NCBI RefSeq assembly: GCF_009914755.1
Contig: NC_060935.1
DNA from: the human T2T-CHM13v2.0 reference genome, Homo sapiens
Reading direction: 5' to 3' (one strand)
Length of the DNA: 64,000 nt
A model generated the notes under the pieces. It saw only the letters and a program-made list of their open reading frames with translations. It had not been told where the DNA came from and did no database searches. Each line of letters starts with the position of its first letter. The first letter of the stretch is position 1. Below are positions 38,764 to 52,347 of this stretch, piece by piece. The translations under genes were made by a program, and so were the position numbers.

Positions 38764-39438
38764 TAGACCCTTTGTGTGCTTCTGTGGAATGTCTCCTACA
38801 TCAACCCTGGGAGAGTGGGGACCTCCAGAGAAACGGTGTGGGGAGGCCAGTGTGCAGAGATCTCAGTCCCTGAGCAGGTAGGTTTGCTGGTGGGAGGGAA
38901 CTGAGTTTAGACCTAGAAAAGGACCACTGAGTGCAATGAGATAGGACGGCCCAAGGGCTGTTGATTTGAACGCCCATGTGTTTATATTCTGGTGTGACTT
39001 CTGATCTGTTATTTCATTTTAGGCATGCTATTTAAACTTTTTGAGTTTCCTTCTCTGTAAAACAAGAAAAATAATATATACCTTATCAGCTATAGGAAGA
39101 ATTTAATGGGATGAGGCAAGTTAAAAATAGTGTGCATAATTCTAGCACATTTAAATGCTAAGAAGGTGATTCCTACAAGAAAAGAAAAGGTATGGCAATT
39201 CAGGTATGGTTCTAGCAAGTCTAGCTTCTGGGAGGACAAATCCCTGTGGTCTGACTGCCAAATTGTACCTCAGTTCACAAGTTTGCTAGAGCTGCAGTCA
39301 GGGTCAAGATGGTGTCTGTGTGCATTAGAAACATGGTGTTCAGGACGCAGGAAGTGGAATCAGGCTGAGGGAAGGAAGGTGGCAGGGACCAGGTAGATTC
39401 TAGGCACCAGTCCTAGAGGGTCCCAGGGTAGCAGGCAG

Positions 39439-39628
39439 CAGGACTGGCTACATAATTTGCCAGGCTCCCTGCAAAATGAAAATGTGGGGCCTCTTACTGA
39501 AAAATAAGAATTTCAAGACAGCAATAGCAGAGCATTAAACCAAGCATGGAGCCTTTTTGAGCACAGCCCCTTCTGAACACAGGGTCTTGTGCAACGGCAT
39601 AGATTGCAGGTTCATGAAACAAGTCCTT
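39439..39628 (+). mobile_element. MER45A-like hAT-Tip100 element
   Basis: caggactggctacataatttgc...gcaaaatgaaaatgtggggcc...aagaatttcaagacagcaatagcagagcattaaacc. Confidence 0.7.
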
Positions 39629-41185
39629 CAAGGTTTGAGACAATGGGGAATTCAGAATAAAGTCCAGCCTGAGAAAGGCAGAGTCCTGCTGAGTCTCAAG
39701 GCAGTGCCGCTGAGCCCTGATGTGCATAGGAATCACTCGCCCCTTTATGTTAATACTATTACTGATAACAAATAACAACACCAGTGATAGCATTACCTTA
39801 GTAGCCTGTATTTATTGAGCACAAATCATGTGCTAGAAGCAAAGCTAAGTATTTTACAATGCATTGTCTTTTTCTCCCTGGTTTGAAAAGAATTAATAAT
39901 ACCAACCTATGCCAGGTGATTGTCAGTGATCTTATTATATATTAACTTATTTAAAGGCATATAAACGTTTTACTATTATTTTTCATGCATCATCTTGCTT
40001 GTGCCTTCCATCATCCCTATAGCTGGTACCAGCACATTATGCCCATTTGACAGATATGGAAACTGAAATTGAGGAAGGTTCAGTAACTTGCCTGTATCTG
40101 TCTGGGTCCAGCGTCCACGCTCTCAAGCTCTCAAGTAGTTGGTCCTCATTATAAATAAACTGAAAGGGATTGAATGTTGGCTAACACTAAACAATTTACA
40201 ACATGCTTTCATTCATGGTAACTCACTACAGCCACCTGGGAAGCATTGCTGGTATCCAGTTTATGGACGAAGAGATTGAGGCCTGGGGGTAAGTGAGCTG
40301 TCCAAGTTCACAGCCAGTAAGTGGGAGAAGCCAAGCCCAGGGGCTGGGGGCTCTGTGAGAACAACGTGCTGCCTCTTTTTCATTGGAGGGACAATGGAAT
40401 GAGGTGTATGCAAGGATCTGCATCCAGCTCCCGAGTCTGATGAGTTCTGGCAGTGGCTCCAGGGAAAGGAGGAGTCCAGGAACAGAGCTGGTGGGGGAGG
40501 CGCTCCCAGGAGTGGCCTTCCCAACAGCAGGTGCTGCACTCCTGCTGCCACTGAGGAGTCACACGTTCCCTCTTCTGAAGGACTCTCCCCTATTTCTGGT
40601 GAGCATTCCCCTTCCCCAGGCCAGACAGGCAGCTGAGCAACAAGGGCTAAGAGAGAGTTCAGACTCTCGGGTTTGAAGCCTGACTCTCTCTCTCACTGGA
40701 AAACCTTCCTCAGTTTCAGTCAAGTGGAATTAATAATAGTGCCCTTCTAACAGGCTTGTGATGAGGATGAAATGAATTAATCCACATATATCTCAGAGAA
40801 GAGTGCTCATCTCAGAAGGTGCACTTAAGCAATGTTGTGAGTAGGTGTCCTCTTCGTGCAGAGAGCTCTCATCCTGGGGTGCTGGTTGGGACCATAGCAG
40901 GTCCCCCTGAGCTGAGAGGCCAGCTTCCTTGTCTGAGCAACTGTCAGCCTTACCCTGCTTGGCTGGGCCCCGCCCTGGATCCCATCCTCTTCCTCATTTT
41001 CATTCTGCCAACATTTTGGCAGCAGCTCATTGTTGAGATTCTATGAGATTCTTTTTTATCCACATGGATTATATATAATCTTCAAAGAAAATGACACCAA
41101 TTTTCTCTCCAAGTGTGATAGACTAGATCAGCTCCCATTGGGGTAAGGAGGTCTCAGTTCTGGTCCTAGCATTACTATTTGTTAG

Positions 41186-41557
<372 letters not shown>

Positions 41558-42490
41558 TGAATTTAATTTTTGAAAAGTGCCCTGAGCCACCACTCCATGC
41601 CAGATAATGTAGGGGGTGGGGCGGGGGGGGGGGCGGGGCACCAGGGGAGGTAAAAACAAAGGTTCCAAGCCCCCCCTCAAAGAGCTCCACTCTGCGGCAG
41701 AGGAACACCATGGTGAAAGGACACATCATCCACTAGCTATGTTTGACTCTGACACTCTGGAATTATCCCTATTGTCACCCTTGACTCCCACCAATGCTGT
41801 CATGCTTAACAGTGAACAAATATGTCTGTTGCTAGTCTTTGCTCTTTCACCAGGTATCTGTTCTGTCTAAAGAAAAATTTCATTAGACAATCCGAGTTCT
41901 GAACCATTGGTTTAGCATAAAATGTGTCCCCCTAAAAAGGTCCTCTTACTGGTCAAAGTCCAAGGTTATGATAATGGCTTACAAAGTTCAGAGTCAGATG
42001 TTAGATGTGGCCCTGAGTTTCTCGGGGTTGGTAATAGAAGAGACATTCTCCCAGCTCACCTATACCCTTTTCCAGGAGGCCTCTCCCTGATATTTCAAAT
42101 CAGCAGGCCTGGAGGCTTCTGTCTCAGTAATTCAACAACTATAGCAGCTGGTTCTTTTCCCTTAAGATTTAATACTTGTCATTTATCTATGTCAAAACTT
42201 TAAAGGAGCAAGTTTCCAAAGACAGATTTATTATGTGTGCTGAGTGTCTCAGGTGCAGCAGTGCATATAGATGGGCTGAATTCCATATTTTCCCTGAGTT
42301 TTTGTTCTATAAAAATAGCCACTTTTACTTTGCATTCAGACAAGCAAGAAATATACAGTCTTGAGCTGTGAGTCACCACAGGGCACTCACAGACAGTAAC
42401 ATTATTGTGAGACTGGGCTCTAGCCATTGGATTCAGGATCAGCTGCCTAGCTTGCACATGGGTTGGCTTAGGCAAGGAGCAAGTTGTAAC

Positions 42491-43599
42491 CAGAGCTAGC
42501 TACATAATTTGTGAGGCTCAGTGAAAAATGAAAATGTGGAGCCTCAGGGTTAAAAAGCAAGAAAAAAAGTGCTCTTATAGATAAAGCTTTTTTCTTTCTT
42601 CTGCAGTCTCTCTCCCAGCTTGTCATGGTGTTTTTCATTTGTTATTTAATGTCATTCTAAGAAAAATTAAAGTTTTGAATTATTAGCATGAATTTTAATT
42701 TATCTTTACATCGTGCAGGGCAAATATAAACGCAAATATAAAAGCACTTGATGTGTATGTGGAATTACTGAACTTATACAATTTGCATTTTGTAGCCCCT
42801 CCCCAAAAGGTGCCTTGAGCTGTCCAGAAGAGACAAACCGAAGCCCTGCGCTGGAAGGGAGGAAAAGAGAGAGGACCCCCTCCCCCCAGCAAGGTATGTT
42901 GCTGGCTGTAGCTGCCTGAGGGAGGGCTCCAGGTGTGGGGACACTTGCAGGGGAGTGTGGAGCCTCATAAGTGCCCCGGACCTCTGCCCCTTGATGGAAG
43001 AGGCATGCACACTCTTCCTGCTTGTGCCAAGGAACCCTGCCCGAGGCAGCCAGAGGCAACTGGGGCTGTGGGTCTGAAGAAATTAAGCCAGGCATCTTTC
43101 CTTTCCATGGGCTCTCACCCCTCCAACCCATGGCAGTTGGCTTCCCTGGATTTTTGAAACTGTGTGCTGGGATGTGCTTGCTACCTGGATTGGGTAGGTG
43201 AGATTTAATTCCCTGGAGATGGGGCCTCTGGCTAGCCATCCAGCAGGTGTGTAGGGGTGCTGCCAAGCCTCACTACCAAGACTGTGGGTATGTGCTGGGG
43301 CCCCGACTCTCCCTGTGTCCTGTCTGGGGTGGAGAGCAGCCACAATTGTGCAGTGGGGCCTGGGGGAGAGAGAGGCCCCACAGCCCCCGCGGACAACCAT
43401 CCTGGAAAGGTGGGAGGAGGTAGGACCACAAGCAAGCTGAGGTCCTAAGCCCCTGTGAGTGCCCCATTGTCCCATGAGACCTCACAAAACACAAATTCGA
43501 AGATACAAGTCTTAAGAATTTCAAGATGGCAACCACAGAGCATTAAACCTCCTGAGGAGGGAGCCCAGTATGTGGCCCCTGCCCCTGAGGCCGCCCTGG
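42491..43599 (+). mobile_element. MER45B/R-like hAT-Tip100 element
   Basis: Same termini as the MER45A copy (ctacataatttg...aaaatgaaaatgtgg at 42500; aagaatttcaagatggcaaccacagagcattaaacc at 43513) with ~1 kb of internal sequence. Confidence 0.6.
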
Positions 43600-44194
43600 C
43601 TGTAACCCTAGATCCACAGCATGGCTTGGGACTGACACTACCCTACTTAGTAATCCTTGGAGCTCTGACCCTTTCAGGACCTCACCCAGCAGGCCAGTGC
43701 GTTTCAGGGCTGTGACAAAGAGGGGAACAAGGAACAAATGTTGGAGACAGAGGCAGAAACCCTGGACCCTAGTCCTGCTTCTGCATGACCCTATCATCTG
43801 TATTACCTTGATAAAGTCATTCCACTTTCCTACATTTACCTTTTACCACAGGGTAAAGAGGATGGTGTCTACCTTTCTCCTTTGCCTCCCCAAGATATTA
43901 AACACAGAACGCTAAAGGAAATGTATGTGGGTGTCTCCAATCTTTAGAAAGCAGATGTCGTATAGTCACAAGGCTGAAGAGAAACTGCAAGCCAGCTGGG
44001 TCGATTTTTTACTCCAGACTTCAATTCCTCCTTCAACATTCCACTAAGAAATCGACCTGCCTCTGCTTGAATTTCTCTTGTGACAGAGAGCTCACTACCT
44101 TTCAAGTCATCTCATTCAATGATTGGATAACTCCTACTGCTGTAAAGGGCCTAGAATAGTGTCTGGCACATATTAGGTATTCCATAAATATTTG

Positions 44195-45380
44195 TTTTTT
44201 TTTCTTTCATAATTGAGATTTTATTGGTTGCATTGAGGATCAGTACACAGACATTTCAATTTGCACACAATTCTTAACATACATACCAATAATCTAAAAA
44301 GCCGTTATTGTAATACCTTTTTAAAGTTGTTCCAGTGACTTTCCAGCTTAAAATTTGGAGGCAATTTTTCCTTAAGAGGCTATCAAATACCAGTATCTTC
44401 ACATATTGATCAACTGTTACATAGTCCCACCAATTCAAAATTGAATTGCATATATACCACATACTCAAATTTTCAATCTTCCACAGCACATGAACAAATT
44501 TATTAGGGAAACAGGGCTGCGACCAAAGAAGGTACAGAGTGCACACAATTCTGACAGGGAGAGCCATGTTCAAGGGCTGGCTTTCTTTAGGAAACAATTC
44601 TACTGAAAAACAACATGGCACTAGAAGTAATTTAAAATGTCCGAGACATAAATGCAGGACTGTGACTCTACGTTGCCATTCAGTATGCTTTATATTAGAG
44701 CATATAAAAACTAACCCCCATCTATGGAATGTTAAGCTAACACCCAAGACAGTCAAAGCCTCCCATAATTCAATATCCCGCACTATCTTCTGGTTGTACC
44801 AAAAAATAAACAGCCAGCAAATGACTTTACTTCTTAAAAAGCATATACTTAAAAAATGGGATGAGGTGGGATTCCCTCAAAAACGTTTCTAGAGCTACTA
44901 AAATACTTGCATTTACAAAATAGTTGATAAAAATACTCTTCTGGATTGTACAAGAAGGGAGACGGGGACCGCTAAGACAGGGTACCTGCTATTAATCAGA
45001 CTTGGCTTCTTTCTCTCTGGCTTCATCAGAGGCTGGGCTCTCCCCGATTTTAGTTTCTCCATTTTCTGCAGATAAATGTTCTTTAGTTTCTCGGTTAGCC
45101 ACTTGGCCTGTTTTCTCTTTGCTCCCCTGTTCCCTTTTCCCCTTTTGTTTAGACTTTTTTTTGTCTGAAGATGTATCCTTTCCTGATGCCTTTTTGGCTT
45201 CATTTCCCCTTTTGCAGGAGCGGAGTTAGCTGAAAACTGCACCGATCCCCTCTTGGGCTCTTCCTTGGCTGCTGCCCCTTCGGCGCAACTGCCCTTCCTC
45301 TTGGGCTTCGGCAGTGGGAAGAGAGCGAGCCGGGTGCTTTTGAGCTGCAGTGCGCGGAGAGGCTTCGCGAGGCTGGGCTC
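44195..45380 (-). pseudogene. HMGN1: Processed pseudogene of HMGN1 (CDS remnant 45308 to 44992, long 3' UTR, poly-A)
   Basis: (K)PKRKGSCAEGAAKEEPKRGSVQFSA...NRETKEHLSAENGETKIGESPASDEAREKEAKSD*. Start ATG mutated to AAG; frameshift near 45190; intronless; AATAAA near 44220; poly-T 44195-44203; degenerate TSD aatatttgtt (44187-44196) / agtattcgtt (45381-45390). Confidence 0.93.
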
Positions 45381-47122
45381 AGTATTCGTTAATGATCAAA
45401 CAATTATTTATGTTGACAGCCCACATCTCCCTTTCCGTAGTTTCCATCTGAAGACTTAGCTCTACCCTTCTGGTGCAGAACAGGAAAGCCTAATCTGTCT
45501 TCCCTGAGATTCAAGAAATTCAAGAGGCTGCTCCTCCTGGGGCCTCTGTCGGTATCCTCCTTGTTGCTCCTAGTTAAACTCTTATTCCTCAGGTAAGATG
45601 GTGCTGAGTCTACTCACCATCGGACTGTGGTGTCTAGTATTGGACACCACATCCCTGATGTGCCCTGACACCTCAGTTCTCTCCCACATAGAACCTAGTG
45701 GGCACTGTGTCCCCGCATCTATCTGAAGAACTGCTCAAGAGGCTTTGTGGGAGGTCTAGCTCCTCCTCACCCCCTCCAGGCTTGACATGCCTCCACCCCC
45801 ACCACCCCGTACCCTTCGCAGCATACTTCCAGTCAGGCAGCAATCAGCTTGCACCTGAGAGGGATCAGCTGTGGTGACTGAGGCTGGCTTGCTCTTGCAG
45901 CCCCAGGAACACAGAGATTCGTGCTGAAGAACCAAATGGTTTCTACAGTACAAGCAGGCGCCAGGGACTCCGCAGGAGGCATCACTGGCACCTTCTAATT
46001 GATGAGCAGTCCAGCTCTGAAGCTGTGAGCTCTAAAGCCAGATACCTCCTCCAGGTGACTCTGATCTTCCTCTCCCAGCTGAATAGAGTGAACTTCAGCG
46101 TTTCTGGCCTCCAGTTCCTGAACTCTGCTTCTTCCAAGGCAGGTAAGGCAGTTTTGTTCCTCTGCTGGAAGAGTAATTTCAGGCCTCCCTGTGCCACATG
46201 CTGGTCCTTTTGCCTGGAATGCTCTTCCTGTCTTCTCTGCTTTCTCCTTCAAGTTTTAGCTTAGGCATCGCCTTCTCCGGGAAGCTCTTCCTGACCCCCA
46301 TTGCTACCCACAGTGAGTCACTTGCTCTCTGTTCCTCACTTCCACGATGTTTCCTCCTGTCTCCATCATTCTACTCATTAGCCCAGGTGGCAATTATTTG
46401 TTGTGGTGTTTGTTGTAGACAAAGACAGTCTTGTTTTTTTGGTTTTGGCATTTTGCTACTAAATGTGTTTTTGATAAATGAATAAATATAATAACACCAC
46501 AATAGCAGCTAAAAATTATTTATTGACCATTCACTATGCAAATGCACATGCATTTTCTTAAGTATTCCAATAACACAGTGCCATGGTTATTATCTCAGTT
46601 TTACAGATGTAGAAACAGGCTCACGTGAATTATGTAACTTGTTCAAGGCCATAATAGCAGTTTGTGGTGAGTCTGGGACTTAAACCTAGGTCTTTTAAAA
46701 AAATTATTATTCCAAAGTCTTGTTTTAAACTTTGTAATATGAATGTTTATCCCAAAGATTTTAAGCACTCCTGAATGTTATCTCTTACATCTAAGAAGAT
46801 AGGTAGTTCTCAGAAAAAATCAATTGCTTAGAATGCCTTTTGCATAGAACTGCTGCTAATATTTCTTTTTGCCAGTAATAGAACTTAGACTCATATTAGG
46901 CAGTGCAAAGTAGTGGTTAAGTACTCAGACTTTGGAGTCTGCCAGACCTGAGCTCAAATGCTAGCCCTGATACTGGAATCTTGTGTAAATTACCATAACT
47001 TGCCCAAATCATAGTTTGCTTATACAGTATCTAAAAAGGGGCTAAACTATGTTGGAGAAATGAAACTGTTGTTTACAGATGCCATGATTGTGTGCTTATA
47101 AAATCTAAAATAATCTGCAAAC

Positions 47123-48279
47123 TATGGTAGGCTGAAAAATGTACCTCCAACCCCACCTCCCACTCAGGATATCAGGTCCTAATTTCTGGAAACTATAGAT
47201 GCTACCTTATTTGAAAAAAGCTTCTTGGCAAATGTTGTGCCAAACCCCCGATTTGCCTCAGTAGGGAAAGCACCAGGTTCACAAGGCCAAAGAAGAAACC
47301 CAGATGTGGGGTTCTATTAGGAGCTCACACACAGGGGAGAGAGTCCAGTGGCAGTGGGCTGGACAGGAGACCTGCCTTACCTACAGCAATGGTCCAGTGG
47401 CAGTGGACAGGACAGCATAACCACATGGCCTAGTGGCAGTGACCTGGGCAGGAGAACCACAACTTCCTTTCTAACTGTAATAAAATTAGAAAAATTTGCC
47501 AATGTTACAAAATAAAGTCCAGAAATAGACTCATATATCTAATTACCTGATTTGTGATTAAGGTAGTGCATAGGAAAGAAGGCATAGTTTGTTTATTAAA
47601 TGTCGCTCCATCATGCGCTTTATACAGCATTTTCACTTAACAGCCTCCCTCTAATGACCTCCACCTGGTAATCTTTATTTAACCCAAAACTCAAGGCCTC
47701 AGTCCCCTGTACAGATCAGCCTGTGTCCCACAGGACTGGCCGGGGGGCTCTCATGTTTGTGATAGAAGAGGAATGAATCTCCAAGTTGGCCACTACTGGA
47801 TTCCCTAGCTCAGCACAAACATTCAGGTGCACCTGCCACACAGGGTCATTCTAAGAGTATGTTTAAATCATTGCTATTAGGTGCATTTACCCTATAGCAG
47901 ATGTAATTAAGTTAGAGATCTTGTGTTGGGGAGATGACCCTGGATTATTTGGGTGGGGCATAAAGACCATCACATGTGTCCTTATATGAGGGAGGCTGAA
48001 GTTGGTCATACACACTGACAGAAGAGAAGGCCATGTGAAGATGGAGGCAGAGATTGGAATGATGTGGTCACAAGGAATGCTGGAGCCACCAGAAACTGGA
48101 AGAGGCAAGAAACAGATTCTCCTCCAGAGCATCTGGAAGGAGTATGGCCCTGCTGACACCTTGATTGTAGCCAAGATTTTGGACTTCTGGCCTCTAGAGC
48201 TATGAGAGAATAAATTTCTATTGCTTTAAGCCAATAAATTTGTGCTAATTTATTGCAGGAGGCTTAGACAATTAATACA
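47123..48279 (+). mobile_element. MaLR LTR, MLT1B/C-like, split by an ERVL LTR
   Basis: aggccatgtgaagatggaggcagagattggaatgatg...ggacttctggcctctagagctatgagagaataaatttc; perfect TSD caaac (47118-47122 / 48280-48284). Confidence 0.88.
47236..47899 (-). mobile_element. ERVL solo LTR (MER54/LTR47/LTR32-like group)
   Basis: Minus strand begins ...gggtaaatgcacctaatagcaatgatttaaacatactcttagaatgaccctgtgtggcaggtgcacctgaatg; TG/CA ends; TSD aatgt/gatgt. Confidence 0.75.
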
Positions 48280-51200
48280 CAAACTATTAGAATTAATAAA
48301 TGTCATTAGTAAAGTTGTTGGATACAAGGTCAATATACAAAAATCAACTGTATTTCTATCAGCAACTAACAAATAAAAATTAAAATGTTATATTTATAAT
48401 AGCATCAATAAACATCAAATTCCTAGGATTAAATATAATAAATGATGTACAACTTCAAAATATTATTGAGAGAAATTAAAAATGACTTCAACAAATAAAA
48501 AGATATATTCATGAATTGGAAACTCAACATTGTCCTAAGATGTCATTTCTTCCCAGATTAATATATTGATTCAATATAATCTCAGTAAAATTCTGACAGT
48601 ATTTTTTTTGCAAAAGTTGATAAGCTGATTAACAAGGCCCGTTATACATTTGTAGTGATTTAGACAATATAGAACTATCATGAAGTTAGAAAAACTTACC
48701 AATGGTACAAAATAAAGTCCAGAAATAGACTCATATTACTTGATTTGTGATTAAGGCAGTGCATGGGAAAGAAGGCATAGTTTGTTTGTTACACGTTGCT
48801 CCACCAATTATATGAAAAATATATCTTTACTTTCCTATTTCATACCAAATACAAAATCAAAAACAGATGGATAGCAGCTCTAAATGTAAAAGATAATAAA
48901 GTTGTAGAAGAATACATAGGATAACATTTTCATGATCCTTGAGTAAGCAAAGCCCACTTATTTAAAAGGACACAAAAATTGCTAACCAGAAAAAGAAAAA
49001 TACAAGGACGAACTATACTTTGATTTTTCAAAAGACATCAATAAGAGGGTAAAAATGTAATGCAAAAATGAAAAGACATTTTCAACACATATATCCCACA
49101 AAGGTCTTGTATCCAGAATATATGAAGAACTCTTACAAATCAGTTAGAAAAAGATAACCTAGTAGAAAAATGGGCAGAAGGCTTGAGTAGACATTTCTCA
49201 AAGAAAACATCCATGTGGAAAAATAAATAAGCAAATAAAGCCAACCATGTGAAAAGGTACCTGACTTCATTAATCATCAAGGGAATGCAAATGAACGTCA
49301 CGATGCACCACTGCACACTCACCGGAAGGCTACAAAGGAGAAAGGAAGTTTCAAAGGCTGGTGAGAATGTGGGGCAAAGTGAACGCTTCTATACTACTGG
49401 TGGAAACATAAATTTGTACACTTCTTTTGGTAAAGTGTCAGCATTTAATAAAGCGGAACATATGCATGTCTTACTCTCCAGCTATTTCATTTCTAGTTAT
49501 ATACCCAATAGGAATGCACTGAAGTAATCACCAAAACAATATGTGCTAGGATGATCATAGAAGAACTATTTGTAATAATAAAAATAAAACGGGATATTAC
49601 CCGTATGTCCAAAAACAGTAGACTGAATAAATTTTGTCTTATTCACATAATGGAATACCATACAGAAATAAGCAAAAATGGTCTGTAGTCATGTGACAAT
49701 GTGAATGAATCTCAGATGACATAATGTTGAGTGAAAAAGGCCAGACCCGAAACAGTACCTATTTGTTATTCCATTTGTATAGAGAACAGAAATGGACAAA
49801 ACTAATCCATGCTGCTAGATATTAGGACAACAGTCACCCTTGCATAGGCATGGTAACTGGAAAGGAACCCAAATAGGGACCTCAGAGTGCTTGCCATGTT
49901 CTATTTCTTGATCTCAGTGCTGGTTACATGTGTGTTTAGTTTGTGAATATTCATTGGGGCCAACATCTATGTGCCCTAGAAAAGTAAGTTATGCTTCAAT
50001 AAAAAGTTAATAAAAACTTACCCTATATTCTATGGTGTTATGATGTGGATTAAGAAAAGTAATTTCTTAGCACAGGTCCTGGCACTTAGCAAATATTAAC
50101 AGTGACAACTATTTTTATTTTTGCTGTAAAACGTAAGCTATTTTCTGATGATTATCTGCTACAGCTAATGCTACCAGCTTCATTTTTAAGTTGCTTGATG
50201 TTAGTCTGACAAATGAAGGCCTGTCTAATCATGACTCTGCTGCAGTGACTTTGAAATTTGTTAAAATTTGTGTAGCAGTGTTGAGCATCATGAGATTTGT
50301 AAGCTGAACCCTGGTGAACCGAAATGTCTGTTAACATGAAATTATTGCTCTCCATTTTGAATATTTTTCTAAAGCGGTTTTGGCAAGTGAGGCCAAGAGC
50401 CATGAAAGGGCCATGACTAAGGTTTTTCAGAATCACCTCTGACATGGATTTGACATACAGGTTTGTTATCTAAGTGAGATTCAGAAATGGCTTCAGACAG
50501 GACCTTTGCAGGTACCAGTGAGTTTGAGGAGTGTTAGAAATGCAAAATGTCCATGTTACCTGGCCCCTCAGCACATACTGGTCCCATTTGCACTCTGTAC
50601 AAAGTTTCTTATTGTCTCTCTAATGTTATAATGATCCTAAGGCCAAATTCTCAGATAGATGCAGATGTAATTCACGTTGAGCTTTGCAGTTTATTTGCTC
50701 ATACTCTTTCTTATTGCAGAAAGTCTCAAAGTGGTTTACAACTGCTGTTTAAGCCATATTTAGGGACATCTGCTAGGCTGTGACCTCCCTCCTCTAAGAA
50801 CTGTCCCTCTCAATTATAGTGGGGGGCCTGGAAATCATGTTTACACCTTATTAACCCTCCTTCCATAGCGGAACAGAACTGGTGGAGATAGCTGACCCAA
50901 GATGGGCCAATTGCAGTCTTTCTCCTGAGATTTTGAAATTAGTACCTAGAGATAGCAGTCTCTTTCAACTAATTGGCTTGACTGAGACCTATTTTCACAG
51001 AGAAGAAAAGAAAGCTGGTTTATGGAGGAAGACAGAATGAAACAGATACGTAGGAGAAAGCAGACAGAGTACTTGGGGAAGAGAAAGGTAAGAGACTAGG
51101 AGAGGGAATGCTTTGGTTTCTTATATTTTTCTCAATCCTGGTTTTTGTTCCTCCTCTGATCCAACTATACTTCCTCTCCTTGTGGCCATGAAATAACCCC

Positions 51201-51479
51201 ATGATATTACAGTGACTCCTCTCATTATGTTTAGTTTAAGCAAGCTCAGGTAGGCTGCCCACAGTCTCCAACTAACACAGAACATGTTGCCACAAGATAA
51301 AGTCATATTTAAAATGTGTTGACAAATGGAAAATGAGAACTGAAGGCTAGGATGGTGTCTGGGGAGAGAGATGATACCAGTGGAAGCCACAAGGCCCAGT
51401 GAATTTGCTGCTAGCAGCCAGCATACCTGGCTTTCAGTTTTCTAGTGGCCAATGCCAAGGAGCAGGACTCTCCAGGGAT

Positions 51480-51643
51480 CAGTGGTTCTCAACCATGACT
51501 GTATGTTGGGGACACTAGTGAGCTTCTGAAAAATACTTCCAGGCCCTACTCCAAGAGACAGTGATTTAATTGGTCTAGGCTGGCATCTGTATGTTATAAA
51601 AGCTTACTAGTGATTCTAAAGTATGGCCAGAGTGAAGCGCCAC
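51480..51643. mobile_element. MER5-like hAT-Charlie element
   Basis: cagtggttctcaacc...ccaggccctactccaagagacagtgatttaattggtctagg...gtgattctaa. Confidence 0.7.
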
Positions 51644-52022
51644 CAAGTTATACTATTCACAATATGTAGAAATAAAAGTAAACAGATAAACCAAACAAAA
51701 ACAACTCCTTAAGAGAAGCAAAGGAGTGGAACTGAGAGAGAAATTCCTCCTGTGAATTTGTAGCTGGAGGGCATGTGTGATACAATGAACAATGTCCTCA
51801 AAAATATCCCTATAGTAAATACTCAATTTTCCACAAATGGAAACTCATGGAATTATCCCTAGGTACCACTCAGGAAAAATCACCTCTACAGTCATGGGCC
51901 AAAGCATCCTTGCCACTTGGCTCCATCCTGGAATGTGTTCGAGAGGATTTAGAACAGATTCTTACATAAGGACTCCAAAAATTAAAACAATTTCTTTTTC
52001 CATGAAGAGGGCCTATGGTTTT

Positions 52023-52347
52023 TTTATTAGTCCATTTTCACACTGCTGCAAAGAATGACCTTAGACTGGTTAATTTATAAAGAAAAGAGGCTTAATTGAC
52101 TCACAGTTCTGCATGGCTGGGGGTGCCTCAGGAAACTTACAATCGTGGTGAAAGGTGAAGGGGAGGCAAGGCACGTCTTACATGGCAGCAGGAGAGAGAG
52201 AGAAAAAAGAGAGAGAGAGAGAACACAGCATAGGAGAAACTGCCCTCATGATCATGATCCAATCCCCTCCCACCAGGCCCCTCCTCTGATGTGGGGATTA
52301 CAACTAGAGATGAGATTTGGGTGGGGACACAGAAACAAACCATATCA
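52023..52347 (-). mobile_element. MaLR LTR, MSTA/THE1D-like, with internal (GA)n
   Basis: tattagtccattttcacactgct...ttaattgactcacagttctgcatggctgggg...gagatttgggtggggacacagaaacaaaccatatca; TSD gtttt. Confidence 0.9.

Larger units (their letters stand above)
47045..50016 (+). mobile_element. Old L1M 3' half inserted into a MIR and interrupted by MLT1
   Basis: aaactgttgtttacagatgccatgattgtg...aaatctaaaataatctgcaaac continues at 48280 as tattagaattaataaatg...ggatacaaggtcaatatacaaaaatcaactgtatttctat; ends ttatgcttcaataaaaag; MIR halves at ~46900-47040 and ~50020-50110. Confidence 0.75.

Noticed and set aside
47343-47460. Repeated (gtc)cagtggcagtgg motif
   Set aside because: It lies inside the ERVL LTR and is most simply an internal repeat of that element.
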